The position numbers were made by a program, and so were the translations under genes. From contig CAMBEK010000001.1 of NCBI GenBank assembly GCA_945865565.1, positions 163,795-227,794 on the forward strand: 64,000 nucleotides of DNA, written 5' to 3'. This stretch comes from Pseudobacteriovorax antillogorgiicola. Its GTDB lineage: Bacteria > Bdellovibrionota_B > Oligoflexia > Oligoflexales > RGVZ01. Positions 53,557 through 63,636 of the stretch are shown piece by piece. How positions within the stretch are numbered: the stretch's first letter is position 1; each line of letters begins with the position of its first letter. The notes below the pieces were generated by a model, which saw nothing but the letters and a program-made list of their open reading frames with translations, was not told where the DNA came from and made no database searches.

Positions 53557-55095
53557 ATGCCAGTTAAAAAATCAGTCAAAGTAGCACCGAAGAAAATAAC
53601 TGTAAAACCGACGATGTCGACCAAGCCCGTGATCAAGGCGCCGGTTGAGCCAGCTTTTTCAGTTGGGCACGTCGTCGAATCCTTGCGTTCCATGATCCGC
53701 GGGCCAATTCCAACAAAGGCGGCAGCCGTTGAGGTGAAAGCCATCCGATTTGACTCGCGCCTCTGCAGAAAAGGCGATGTTTTTGTGGCCCTGCAGGGTG
53801 AGCAAACCCACGGGCATGATTTTATCGCGCAGGCGGCGAAGGCCGGAGTATCTGCGATTGTTTGTGAACGCCCCAGGCCAGAGGGCCTTGCAGAAGCGGT
53901 AACCTACATCGAGGTTGAAGATGGCCTACTTGCCTTTCGTAAGTTGACAGCCGCCTGGCGTGCCCGGACTAACATTCCGGTGATTGCCGTTGCCGGCAGT
54001 GTAGGAAAGACAACCACCAAGGATCTTCTTGCGGCAATGCTGTCTGGGAAATTCAAGTCGCTGCTCAAAACTGAGGGTAGCCAAAACGGTTTCACAGGCA
54101 TTCCCGTGACGCTTGCGGGTCTTTCCAAGGAACACAAAGCCGCGGTGATTGAGGTCGGAATCGACGACGTCGGCGCCATGGCGCAACACCTTGAGCTGGT
54201 GCGGCCCACCATCACGATTGTCACTGCCATAGCGCCCGAGCATTTGGAAAAGCTCAAGAACATTGACACCGTTGCCGCCGAAGAAGGCCTTGCTTTAAAG
54301 CGCACGGCGGCCACAGGCGGCATTGCCGTGATCAACCTTGATGATGAGCACTGCAGGTCGCTGGTGAATTCGATCAAGGCAGAAAACCGGGTCGGCTTTT
54401 CCTTGTACCCAAAACTGAAACCACGGCCGGATGTATTGGTAGGCCGTATTTCCCAAGACGGACTTTCCGTGGAGGTTTCGGGGGATATCCGCGGACAAAA
54501 GTTTGTGCGCGAGAAATTTATGCTCCCGTTACTTGGCAAGCACAATGGAATGAATCTGCTCGGTGCAATCTGCACGGCATCCGTGGCCGGAGTTACGCCT
54601 GACGAGATGCGCAAGGGGCTTGAGTCATTCAAACCTGGCTTTGGGCGTTCCCGGATCGAACAGCTTTCAAGCGGTGTGCTGGTCATTTGCGACTACTACA
54701 ATGCCAACCCCGCGTCGGTCTCGGCGGCGCTGGACCTGCTGCGCGATCGGTCGACCATCAAGGGACGCCGTGGAAAAAAATATGCGTGCCTTGGCGATAT
54801 GCTGGAGCTCGGCAAGGATGAGGAGCTTTTGCACCGCCGATTGGCTGACAAGTTGGCGGCAACGGGCGTGGACAAGGTTCTTTTGTTTGGAGAACGGATG
54901 AAGTGGCTTGCCGATGAACTGAGGCGCCGCAAATTTGAAAGTGACGTAGAACATTTTGAGTCACACGCCACCCTCTCAGATCATTTGAAAGAAACCCTGC
55001 GTCCAGATGACTATGTTTTAATCAAAGGGTCTCGGGGCATGGCTATGGAACGGGTCTGGGAAATCCTTCAAAGCCCTGTGGGACAAGACCTATAG
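53557..55095 (+). CDS. murF: UDP-MurNAc-tripeptide--D-Ala-D-Ala ligase MurF with a Lys/Pro/Val-rich N-terminal tail
   Basis: The track ORF starts at 53467. ATG 53557 follows GGAGG (the alternative is ATG 53614). It has DSRLCRKGDVFVALQGEQTHGHDF, VAGSVGKTTTKDLL, and DYYNANPASV. Confidence 0.9.
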   Translation: MPVKKSVKVAPKKITVKPTMSTKPVIKAPVEPAFSVGHVVESLRSMIRGPIPTKAAAVEVKAIRFDSRLCRKGDVFVALQGEQTHGHDFIAQAAKAGVSAIVCERPRPEGLAEAVTYIEVEDGLLAFRKLTAAWRARTNIPVIAVAGSVGKTTTKDLLAAMLSGKFKSLLKTEGSQNGFTGIPVTLAGLSKEHKAAVIEVGIDDVGAMAQHLELVRPTITIVTAIAPEHLEKLKNIDTVAAEEGLALKRTAATGGIAVINLDDEHCRSLVNSIKAENRVGFSLYPKLKPRPDVLVGRISQDGLSVEVSGDIRGQKFVREKFMLPLLGKHNGMNLLGAICTASVAGVTPDEMRKGLESFKPGFGRSRIEQLSSGVLVICDYYNANPASVSAALDLLRDRSTIKGRRGKKYACLGDMLELGKDEELLHRRLADKLAATGVDKVLLFGERMKWLADELRRRKFESDVEHFESHATLSDHLKETLRPDDYVLIKGSRGMAMERVWEILQSPVGQDL

Positions 55096-55196
55096 AAGTA
55101 GTTTTTAGTTTTTGCTGACAGCGCCAAAACGATTCGATACCATGAACCCAAGTATGCGAAAAAGCTCAGTAACTTGACGCAAATTGGGGCGAATCC

Positions 55197-56492
55197 ATGG
55201 CGAAGATCCATTGGATATTCGGGGCGTTTATAACGCCACTGATGGTTTCTGCTGCAGCCTTGGCAGGAACCTACGAAGATATTGCGCGCCCTTTCTCCTA
55301 CGAACTTTATACATCTGATGTTTTCCCGTGGATTGACGGGACCCGCCGGGGCGAGATCAACGATTCGGCTGGTCGAATGGCTGATGGCTTAAAGAAATTT
55401 ATCGACTCCACAAATAAGCATATCGAAATCGCTGTTTACGGAGTTCAAAAACAAGAGTGGTTTCTGGATTCGCTGCGCTACTTGAAGCGTCGCCCCAACG
55501 ACGTAACGGTGGAAGCAGTCGTCGATCAGCGCCAAGGCGAAGTTGATGATTGGGATCCGGAAAATTTTGATTACCCGGACACGGCGAAGATGGCTGGGCT
55601 TCTTGGGTCAGAGTCGGTAAAACCCGACATCGACCGGCGCGGCAATGCCAACGTCAACTCGATCATGCACAACAAGTTTATCGTGATTGACCGCAAGAAG
55701 GTTTGGCTTGGCAGCGCAAACATTTCCCACACCGACGTTGGCAGTGAGTACAACGCGAATATCGCAATGGTGGTGAAAAATCCTGAGATCGCCCGGATTT
55801 ATTCTGATGAGTTCCGCCAGATGTTCAAGCACGGACGTTTTTCATCGTCAAAAAATCCGCGGACCGAGCAAAAACCGCTGCGCTTTGCTGACGGCACGAT
55901 TGTAGAAGTGTTTTTTTCACCGCAAGACGATCCGATGAATCGCGCCATTTTGGAATTCATTCGACGGGCCAAGAGGTCTCTCGATATTTCCATGTTTTTT
56001 CTGACGGACACCAAGGCTGCGACGGCTCTGAAAGATGCCGTCAAGCGCGGCGTAAAGGTTCGGCTGATTTACGACGCCCTTGCGGGATCTCACGCGGCAT
56101 CGAAACACAGCTGGTTGCGCGATCAGGGAGTCGACGTTCGGGTTGAAAACTGGGGCGGGAAAATGCACATGAAAGCTGCAATTTCAGACGGCACGGATGT
56201 GTTGCTTGGGTCCCTGAACTGGTCATCTGCAGGGTCGATGAAAAATGACGAAAACACGCTGGTGATTCGCCATAGCCAAGTACTTGGGGGCGAAATGCTG
56301 ACTTACTTTACGTCCCTTTGGGACGCTCTCGCGCCTGCCGATGGTGGCGGCAGTGATCGTCGGGCTGGCCGCAATCCTTTGCGCGACCCCCGGGCAGAGG
56401 GCATTGAATCGATCAACTCTTGCCATGATGGCATTGATAATGATCATGACGGTTCGATTGACGCCGATGACGACGGCTGTTCGATTCGCTAG
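55197..56492 (+). CDS. Secreted phospholipase D/nuclease-family protein (two HKD motifs) with a C-terminal DNDxDG metal-binding-like tail
   Basis: 431 aa with a signal peptide. HKD1 is HNKFIVIDRKKVWLGSANIS and HKD2 is MHMKAAISDGTDVLLGSLNWS. The tail is CHDGIDNDHDGSIDADDDGC. Confidence 0.85.
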   Translation: MAKIHWIFGAFITPLMVSAAALAGTYEDIARPFSYELYTSDVFPWIDGTRRGEINDSAGRMADGLKKFIDSTNKHIEIAVYGVQKQEWFLDSLRYLKRRPNDVTVEAVVDQRQGEVDDWDPENFDYPDTAKMAGLLGSESVKPDIDRRGNANVNSIMHNKFIVIDRKKVWLGSANISHTDVGSEYNANIAMVVKNPEIARIYSDEFRQMFKHGRFSSSKNPRTEQKPLRFADGTIVEVFFSPQDDPMNRAILEFIRRAKRSLDISMFFLTDTKAATALKDAVKRGVKVRLIYDALAGSHAASKHSWLRDQGVDVRVENWGGKMHMKAAISDGTDVLLGSLNWSSAGSMKNDENTLVIRHSQVLGGEMLTYFTSLWDALAPADGGGSDRRAGRNPLRDPRAEGIESINSCHDGIDNDHDGSIDADDDGCSIR

Positions 56493-58648
56493 GCAGCAGC
56501 CACACCCATTACAATCAACGTCCGGTCGTCCGGTAGCGGTGTTTTGTCAAAGCCCGAAAACTGCAGGAACAATGCCTTTATTTCCGACGCAGTCTCCGCA
56601 GGCGCATCGCCATTAAGATTCTGACGCAGAAAACGCACAAGATGGGCAATCTGTTGGCTGGTCGTGAAGAAACCATCGGTCGCAATCAATAAAAATGATC
56701 CGGGCTGCAGACGCATCGCAGAAAGTTTGCGATTTGGCAGGATAACCGGCGTAACTGTCCAAATAGATTTTTGATTTCCCCCAGATCCTTCAGGCGAACG
56801 GGTCAAAAGCAAAGGCATAGGAAAGTTTGAGCGGAAGATCTCAATCGCTCCGGATTTCACATCAAATTCCAGTCCCAGCATGGTGTTCATCTCTTGGTCG
56901 CCACCAAGGCGATTGAGAAACGACTGCACCTGCCCATCGAACCTGACAAGGCGGTCGCGCCGGCGGTCTTGAACGACGCTCCCCCCACTCCAAAGGGTTT
57001 GGGCGATGACATTGGTTGCAGAGGCCTTTAATGCTGCCTGGACTCCATGTCCCGTTAAATCGGACAGGATGACTGTGAGTTGCTGCGAGTTTGGATTCCA
57101 GTCAATGAAATACATGTCACCTGCAACGTAGACAGCCGCCTCGTGATGGCAGTCAATCATCACAGGCGCAGGTACTTCCGGAATTCGTAAAAAGGTAGCC
57201 TGGACAGACCTTCCTAGTTCCATTTCGCGTTCAATCGACTGGGCCCTAACCTCGGAACCAGACAGTGCTTTTACCCGCGTCTCGAGGGTTGAAATATTGA
57301 TGAAAGCACTGAAGGCAAGGAGCCAGGCTGAAATTGGCTGCAGGATGTCGACCAGTTCAGTGAACACTTCGTTTCGTGAAATAAAGGGAAGGTAGTGTCC
57401 CAAGGGATCGACGACTTGTTCGAAAAATCCAACAGCCGCAACGCTGAGGGCCGCCACCCTCCACGGCAGTTTTCGGCCAACCAGGATTGACGCAGCCCGC
57501 GCACAAACGATGACGCCTGTTCCGCCCGCAATGATGTCGCGGATGTTTGGGATCTCGGCCGGGAAAGTCCATCCAAGGCGTTTTTCTTCAACGCGGACGT
57601 AGCCATAGAGGAGAGACAGGGGAACTCCGAAAACAAACCACAACTTGGTGGACTTCGGTGCAATCCTGGCTAGCTGCAGCGCAAAATAAATCCGGAACAG
57701 GTCCCCCATCTGGAAACAAAAATTCGAGACGAGGCCCTTTTCGATTCCAGGTAACCAGTCGAACTTGAAGCTCATGGCGAGTGCTTCAAAACCCATGAAT
57801 AACGCAAGGCCGAGGGATTCTGGCGAGGCGTCGACGAGAAGAAAGAGGACCAGTGCGAAAACGGCCATGATCATTCTGCCAACAAAGCCAACGTAGTCTC
57901 CCCGACCGATGCGGTCTGCCGAGGCGAACTCGTTTAGGTCCTTGTATTCGCTAAATGGCATCACGAGCATGGACTGTTCTGATTTTGACAAGTCCGGCCG
58001 ACTTATGGGCATAAGAGGCGGCTTTGCTCTTGGCATTTTGTGCGCACGAATCTCGATGTCGAGCATTCCGCCTGGTACCTGTGATCCGTCCACAGGCAGC
58101 GGCAAGACTATTCGTTCCCCCTCCAAGAACTGGCGGATAAATCGACCGTTGATCGTGACCTCGGCAGTTTTGAAAGACAAGGTCGGCAGAACAAGAACAG
58201 GCGGCGAAGCCGATTCAGCAAGTGGTGCAGCCAAACCTGCAGGAACGCGGATCTGCAGGATGATTTCATCGGGAATTTGCATCGTCGCGAGGTCAACCCT
58301 TGAAATGTCCCCCTGCCCGGCGATACGCCAGACCAGCGCCCGTTCGTCGGGTGACTTAATCAAGTTTCTGCCCGACACATATTTATCGACGCCTTGACGG
58401 CTTTGTGCCAAGGCGATCAGAAAGATCATGAGCAAGGCAAAGAGGCTTGCCGTTACGGCCAGGGTTGTCGAGTTTCGATTTTCGTCAACGGGGCGCCCAT
58501 TGGCGCGCAGAGAATACCAGCGATCAAAGGTTGCCCGGGACAACCCTTCAGCCATGAATTTTTTCAGTTGTTTCGGATACTTCAACATAACTTCCCCATC
58601 CGGTTTGGGATCGGCATAAACAAGTGAGTCCGTAGTAGGGGTCGTCAT
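56489..58648 (-). CDS. Membrane sensor PP2C/SpoIIE-type phosphatase (extracytoplasmic domain + 7TM + PP2C)
   Basis: 719 aa. It has one early TM, a ~180-aa external region, multiple TMs, then GDMYFIDW...ILSDLTGHGVQAAL...LLIATDGF...DDRTLIVM. Confidence 0.8.
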   Translation of the reverse strand: MTTPTTDSLVYADPKPDGEVMLKYPKQLKKFMAEGLSRATFDRWYSLRANGRPVDENRNSTTLAVTASLFALLMIFLIALAQSRQGVDKYVSGRNLIKSPDERALVWRIAGQGDISRVDLATMQIPDEIILQIRVPAGLAAPLAESASPPVLVLPTLSFKTAEVTINGRFIRQFLEGERIVLPLPVDGSQVPGGMLDIEIRAHKMPRAKPPLMPISRPDLSKSEQSMLVMPFSEYKDLNEFASADRIGRGDYVGFVGRMIMAVFALVLFLLVDASPESLGLALFMGFEALAMSFKFDWLPGIEKGLVSNFCFQMGDLFRIYFALQLARIAPKSTKLWFVFGVPLSLLYGYVRVEEKRLGWTFPAEIPNIRDIIAGGTGVIVCARAASILVGRKLPWRVAALSVAAVGFFEQVVDPLGHYLPFISRNEVFTELVDILQPISAWLLAFSAFINISTLETRVKALSGSEVRAQSIEREMELGRSVQATFLRIPEVPAPVMIDCHHEAAVYVAGDMYFIDWNPNSQQLTVILSDLTGHGVQAALKASATNVIAQTLWSGGSVVQDRRRDRLVRFDGQVQSFLNRLGGDQEMNTMLGLEFDVKSGAIEIFRSNFPMPLLLTRSPEGSGGNQKSIWTVTPVILPNRKLSAMRLQPGSFLLIATDGFFTTSQQIAHLVRFLRQNLNGDAPAETASEIKALFLQFSGFDKTPLPDDRTLIVMGVAAA

Positions 58649-58718
58649 TCGTCCCGCAAGACGCTATAATGACTAACAAATATTTTTGATTTGCTGGATT
58701 GCGGGAAGGCTGGGAAGC

Positions 58719-59828
58719 ATGACTAAAAAGACGCTCGTATTAATTTATGGTGGGCGCTCAACGGAACATGATGTTGCCTGTCGCAGTGCCGCTTTTGTTT
58801 ACCGTTCGTTAAACCGTACCAAGTACGACCTTCATCTTGTCGCCATCGACAAAACGGGTGACTGGTATCCGCAAACTGACACGGCAAAATGGGAGATGGA
58901 GCCGGCTTCACTTCCGATCCACCGTGATCGAAAAAACAATGCAATAGTTCAACACCCGACGAACCCGCGTGACGCACTGGCAGCCTTGTGCGGCCTTGAA
59001 ATAAAAAATCTTTCGGACTGTATATTTTTTCCCATGATCCACGGCGTGTCGGGAGAAGATGGAACCTTGCAGGGTCTTTTTGAACTGGCCGGAGTTCCCT
59101 TTATAGGTCCCGATACTTTGGGCTCTGCCGTTGGAATGGACAAGGTGGTGGCCAAGAGGCTTGCGGCTTCTGCCGGAATTCCAGTGGTTCCCTTTGTTGA
59201 AGTGAACGACGAAACCTGGGCCGGTGGAAAAGAATCTATTTGCCGCCGTGCCATTGATCTGCTTGGGCTTCCCTTGTTTGTGAAGCCGGCGCGACTTGGT
59301 AGTTCGGTGGGGATCAAAAAAGTGAAAACGCCTGGGGACTTGCCGGCGGCGATCGAGCAAGCCTTGGAGTATGACGACAAGGTCTTGATAGAGATCGGAC
59401 TCGAAGTTCGTGAGGTCGAGTGTGCCATGCTCGGGACGACCAGGGCCAAGCCGTCGGTTGTGGGGGAAGTGATCCTTGACGCGGATTTTTACTCGTATGA
59501 AGAAAAATACGCGAAGAATTCGCGGGCATCAACCCGGGTTCCAGCCGATCTGACGCCGGAACTGACGCTGGAAATTCAAAAACTTTCCGGCCGCCTTTTT
59601 GAAGTTCTTTCTCTTTACGGGATGGCCCGCGTGGATTGGTTTATCGAAAAAAAAACAGGGCAGATATACTTCAACGAGGTCAACACCATCCCTGGTTTCA
59701 CAGAAGTTTCCCATTATCCATTGTTCTGGTCGAAATCGGGCAAGGACGGCACCACGCTGTTGTCTGAGCTGATCGAACTTGGCCTGCACCGGGCAAAGAT
59801 CAAGGCAGCCTTAAAACGCGAGGTATGA
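58719..59828 (+). CDS. ddl: D-alanine--D-alanine ligase
   Basis: The track ORF starts at 58686. ATG 58719 gives MTKKTLVLIYGGRSTEHDVA. It also has FPMIHGVSGEDGTLQGLFE, an ATP-grasp core, and NEVNTIPGFT. Confidence 0.95.
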   Translation: MTKKTLVLIYGGRSTEHDVACRSAAFVYRSLNRTKYDLHLVAIDKTGDWYPQTDTAKWEMEPASLPIHRDRKNNAIVQHPTNPRDALAALCGLEIKNLSDCIFFPMIHGVSGEDGTLQGLFELAGVPFIGPDTLGSAVGMDKVVAKRLAASAGIPVVPFVEVNDETWAGGKESICRRAIDLLGLPLFVKPARLGSSVGIKKVKTPGDLPAAIEQALEYDDKVLIEIGLEVREVECAMLGTTRAKPSVVGEVILDADFYSYEEKYAKNSRASTRVPADLTPELTLEIQKLSGRLFEVLSLYGMARVDWFIEKKTGQIYFNEVNTIPGFTEVSHYPLFWSKSGKDGTTLLSELIELGLHRAKIKAALKREV

Positions 59829-59844
59829 TTCGGGGCAACGCTGT

Positions 59845-60543
59845 TTAGATGGGAGGCTCGTGAAGCCAGTTGCCGGCGACGACATCGGCAAGGCTTTCGC
59901 AGGTCAACTGCGCGCCGGCCTTGCGTAAAACGACTGCTGAATGTTGGGTTGTGAGCCCCACTGCAAACATCCCGGCCTTTACTGCAGCATGGATTCCATG
60001 AACGCTGTCTTCAAAAACAATGGTGCGCTTGTGATCCAAATGAGAGATGCCCAGGCGCGTGGCGCACAAAAGGAAAACATCTGGCGCAGGTTTTGGGTTT
60101 CTCACATCTTCCACTGAAACCACCAAAGGAACGTCAAGCCCAAGGGTGGCAAGTGTTTGAGTGATGAAGGCCCGGTTGGCGTTGCTGGCAATGCCCCAGG
60201 GAAGATTGTTGACCGCAAGTTTTTCAAACAAATCTTTCGTACCGGGTAGGGCTTCGACGGAATCTTTTTGAGATTCCAAAGCCTCTCTCTTCAGGCGAAC
60301 CAGTTCCGGAGCTCGCGCCGGATCCCCCGCCTCTCTGGCCAGCAGCATTCCAATGGAAGTCGTGGAATATCCGATCAGTCTGGAGGGGTTGACCAGTGGC
60401 ATTCCGAAGAGGGCAATTGAGGCTGACTCCCAAGCACGCAGGTGAGTGCTCAGGCTGTCGACAACGACCCCATCGAAATCAAAAATGAAACCTGCTGCCG
60501 GTTTTGCCAAGGCGTTATTCTCCTCAGTCGTGTATGCTTTCAT
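59845..60543 (-). CDS. HAD-IA hydrolase (beta-phosphoglucomutase/phosphatase-like)
   Basis: 232 aa. It has FIFDFDGVVVDS (DxDG motif I), GIASNA (motif II), and FEDSVHGIHAAVKAGM (motifs III/IV). Confidence 0.85.
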   Translation of the reverse strand: MKAYTTEENNALAKPAAGFIFDFDGVVVDSLSTHLRAWESASIALFGMPLVNPSRLIGYSTTSIGMLLAREAGDPARAPELVRLKREALESQKDSVEALPGTKDLFEKLAVNNLPWGIASNANRAFITQTLATLGLDVPLVVSVEDVRNPKPAPDVFLLCATRLGISHLDHKRTIVFEDSVHGIHAAVKAGMFAVGLTTQHSAVVLRKAGAQLTCESLADVVAGNWLHEPPI

Positions 60544-60563
60544 TTCCAGTGAAAGGCAAGATC

Positions 60564-61160
60564 ATGCAAAAGCGAATCTCAAGGTCATTGCTGTGGTTGT
60601 TTCTGATGGTGATTGGAAGCATCACCTTGGATCAGGCGTCAAAAGTGCATGCGGAGCGATCGCTGCGCGTCTGGGAAGATGCCAATGACCTGACGGCCTA
60701 CCGTGGCCGGAGGGTGCCGCTTGGAACCATTGGAAATGAACGCGACGTCACAAACCGTTCGCATTATATTTCACTCAACTTGAACTATGTCCGCAACCAG
60801 GGTGCTGCCTGGGGCATGCTTTCTGATGCTAAAGATCATTTCCGGGTGCCATTTTTCTTTTTGGTTACGGTGGTCGCTCTGGTGGCAATAAGCTTTTACT
60901 TTCGCGCCACGCCGCCCCATCACAAGTTGGCCCGCTATGCCTTGGCCCTGATTTTTTCAGGCGCCATCGGAAATTTTATTGATCGCGTTCGCCTTGGCTA
61001 TGTCATCGACTGGATCGATGTGCACTGGCGGATTTTTGGCTGGGAGTATTACTTCCCGAATTTCAACGTTGCGGACTCTGCCATCACGGTCGGGGTTGTC
61101 TTTTTGCTCGTGGACACGATTTTGCTGGAACGCCAAAGGCAGATAGAGGTCCGTTCGTAG
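60564..61160 (+). CDS. lspA: Lipoprotein signal peptidase II
   Basis: The track ORF starts at 60504; ATG 60564 gives MQKRISRSLLWLFLMVIG. It has NQGAAWGM, GNFIDRVRLGYVIDWI, and FNVADSAITVG. Confidence 0.92.
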   Translation: MQKRISRSLLWLFLMVIGSITLDQASKVHAERSLRVWEDANDLTAYRGRRVPLGTIGNERDVTNRSHYISLNLNYVRNQGAAWGMLSDAKDHFRVPFFFLVTVVALVAISFYFRATPPHHKLARYALALIFSGAIGNFIDRVRLGYVIDWIDVHWRIFGWEYYFPNFNVADSAITVGVVFLLVDTILLERQRQIEVRS

Positions 61161-61173
61161 GGGGCTGATTTCG

Positions 61174-63636
61174 ATGGCACAAATGCTTCTCCGAAATGCG
61201 ACATCAAAGGTGGCGGAGGCGCTTCAGGGTGCCATCATGGAACTCGTCAACCTGCAAAAATCAGTCGTGACCGCAGAAGTTCTGATCCTTGCCCTGGTGG
61301 AGCAAAAGGATTCTGTCGTCATACGGATTTTTGAGGAGCTGAAGCGCGACTCCGGTGCCCTGCGCCGCGAACTTTCCGACCGGATTTTGGCCCACGCACA
61401 AACATTGCCCGATATCCCCCAAGGCAAGACTGGCAGCATGAGGATTTCGCAGGAACTGCAAAATCTTTTTGAAGCCGCAGATGTTCAAAGAAAAAAATTT
61501 GGCGACGACTACGTTTCTACGGGAGCCGTTTTCCTGGCCGGCTTTGACAAAAGTGTCCCAGGTGCCCGGCAAATCCTGCTCGACTGCGGTCTTGATTATG
61601 AAGCGAGCTATAAGGCCCTGTCAGCCATACGAGGTAATTTAAAGATCGATCAAAAGGACGATGAGTCCCGCCAGAGCCTGATCGACAAATACACGACCGA
61701 CATGACAGCCCTTGCCCGACGCGGCGGGCTTGATCCCGTGATCGGCCGGGAGCCGGAAATCGAGCGTGTGATTGAAATCCTCTCTCGGCGTAAAAAGAAC
61801 AATCCGGTTTTGATTGGTGAACCTGGCGTTGGCAAGACCGTGATCGTCGAAGGTCTGGCCCAACGAATTATTGCTGCCGATGTGCCAGAACACCTGCTCA
61901 ATAAAAGGGTCCTGTCCTTGGAGATGGGATCTTTGATTGCTGGCGCAAAGATGCAGGGTGAATTCGAGGAACGCCTTAAAACCATCATTGATGAGGTGGT
62001 CTCATCCGCGGGTGAGATCATCGTTTTTATCGATGAACTTCATACGGTCGTCGGAGCTGGCCGGACCGGAGGTGGCCTGGATGCCTCCAACATGCTCAAG
62101 CCTGCTCTGGCAAGGGGCATGATGCAGTGCATTGGTGCGACGACCAATCGGGAATACAAGCAATACATTGAGTCAGACAAGGCCTTGGAGCGCCGTTTTC
62201 AGCCGGTTCGCGTCCCCCAGCCAACGGTTGCGCAGACGGTGGAGATTTTAAAGGGGCTCCGGCCAAAATATGAAGCCCACCACCAGATCGAATATACCGA
62301 TGCCGGATTGATTGCCGCAGCCGAGATGTCGGACCGTTATATTTCCGAGCGATATTTGCCCGACAAGGCTATCGACTTGATGGATGAGGCAGGATCATTA
62401 AAGCACCTCAAGGTGATTCATACGCCCCAGGCATTGAGATCCCTTGAATCGGAGCGGCAGGTGCTGTCGGAGAAAAAAGCCGACGCCTTTAAGGCGCAGG
62501 ATTTTGAACAGATGGCCGCCCACCAGATGGAGCTCTCTCGCGTTGAGGCTAAAATTACTGCCGAACGTCAGACCCATCAGTCAGCAATGAGCGAGACGGA
62601 GCGGCGTGTTGACGCCCGTGATATCGCAGCGGTCGTGCACAGGATCACTGGAATCCCAGTCGAGAAAATGATTTCTGCCGAAGCCGAACGTCTGCGTAAT
62701 CTGGAATCTCATCTGCAGTCGCGCGTGATTGGTCAAACCCATGCCGTGCATTCTGTTGCCAATGCCATCCGCAGAAATCGTGCAGGGCTTCGCAAGCCGG
62801 ATGCTCCAATCGCATCTTTTTTATTTCTAGGACCTACTGGAGTGGGAAAAACGGAATTGGCCAAGGCCATCGCGGCAGAACTCATGGGAGACGAGTCGAA
62901 AATTGTGCGAATCGACATGTCAGAATATATGGAGAAGCATTCCATTTCAAAACTGGTGGGGTCACCTCCTGGATACGTTGGTTACGGTGAGGGTGGGCAG
63001 TTGACCGAAAAGGTCCGCCAGCAACCGTATTCCGTCGTTTTGTTCGATGAGTTTGAAAAGGCCCATCCGGATACCTATAATTTGCTCCTCCAGGTTCTTG
63101 ATGAGGGTTGGCTGACCGACAGTGAGGGGCAACGGGTCAGTTTTCGAAATTGCGTCATCATTGGTACGTCAAACATTGGCTCGGAACATTTGAACCTCAA
63201 GAAGCGTCCGATGGGGATTGCTGCGCAGTCGGAACCTGTGGATGAGGGTGCGGAAAAAAATCTCGTTATGAATGAGGTTAAAAATTATCTCCGCCCGGAG
63301 TTCATCAACCGCTTGGATGAAATCATTATCTTTCACCGCCTCGGCGTATCGGAACTACAGGCCATTCTGGAGATTCAGCTGAAAGATCTCGCCGCCAGGC
63401 TCGTGCCACTTGGGCTCAAGATGGAACTTTCAGCAGAGGCGCGAAAGGCATTGCTCGAGGGCATTGACGCATCGACTTATGGAGCCCGACCTTTGCGTCG
63501 CCGGATTGAACAGACCGTCGAAAATGAAATTGCAAACCTGCTTGTTTCCGCAAACCCACCGTCTTCCGGAGCGATCAAGGTCGACTACAAGGGCGGTGAA
63601 TTTAAATTATCCGCAGTCGACCAGAGGGATTCGTGA
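61174..63636 (+). CDS. clpC: ClpC/ClpA-type AAA+ unfoldase (Clp_N, two AAA modules, short UVR-like middle region)
   Basis: 820 aa. It has [43 protein letters not shown], and [10 protein letters not shown]. The middle segment [20 protein letters not shown] is UVR-like. Confidence 0.9.
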   Translation: MAQMLLRNATSKVAEALQGAIMELVNLQKSVVTAEVLILALVEQKDSVVIRIFEELKRDSGALRRELSDRILAHAQTLPDIPQGKTGSMRISQELQNLFEAADVQRKKFGDDYVSTGAVFLAGFDKSVPGARQILLDCGLDYEASYKALSAIRGNLKIDQKDDESRQSLIDKYTTDMTALARRGGLDPVIGREPEIERVIEILSRRKKNNPVLIGEPGVGKTVIVEGLAQRIIAADVPEHLLNKRVLSLEMGSLIAGAKMQGEFEERLKTIIDEVVSSAGEIIVFIDELHTVVGAGRTGGGLDASNMLKPALARGMMQCIGATTNREYKQYIESDKALERRFQPVRVPQPTVAQTVEILKGLRPKYEAHHQIEYTDAGLIAAAEMSDRYISERYLPDKAIDLMDEAGSLKHLKVIHTPQALRSLESERQVLSEKKADAFKAQDFEQMAAHQMELSRVEAKITAERQTHQSAMSETERRVDARDIAAVVHRITGIPVEKMISAEAERLRNLESHLQSRVIGQTHAVHSVANAIRRNRAGLRKPDAPIASFLFLGPTGVGKTELAKAIAAELMGDESKIVRIDMSEYMEKHSISKLVGSPPGYVGYGEGGQLTEKVRQQPYSVVLFDEFEKAHPDTYNLLLQVLDEGWLTDSEGQRVSFRNCVIIGTSNIGSEHLNLKKRPMGIAAQSEPVDEGAEKNLVMNEVKNYLRPEFINRLDEIIIFHRLGVSELQAILEIQLKDLAARLVPLGLKMELSAEARKALLEGIDASTYGARPLRRRIEQTVENEIANLLVSANPPSSGAIKVDYKGGEFKLSAVDQRDS

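Noticed and set aside
53904-54686. 260-aa minus-strand ORF inside murF
   Set aside because: It is an antisense shadow ORF; murF motifs occupy the plus frame throughout.
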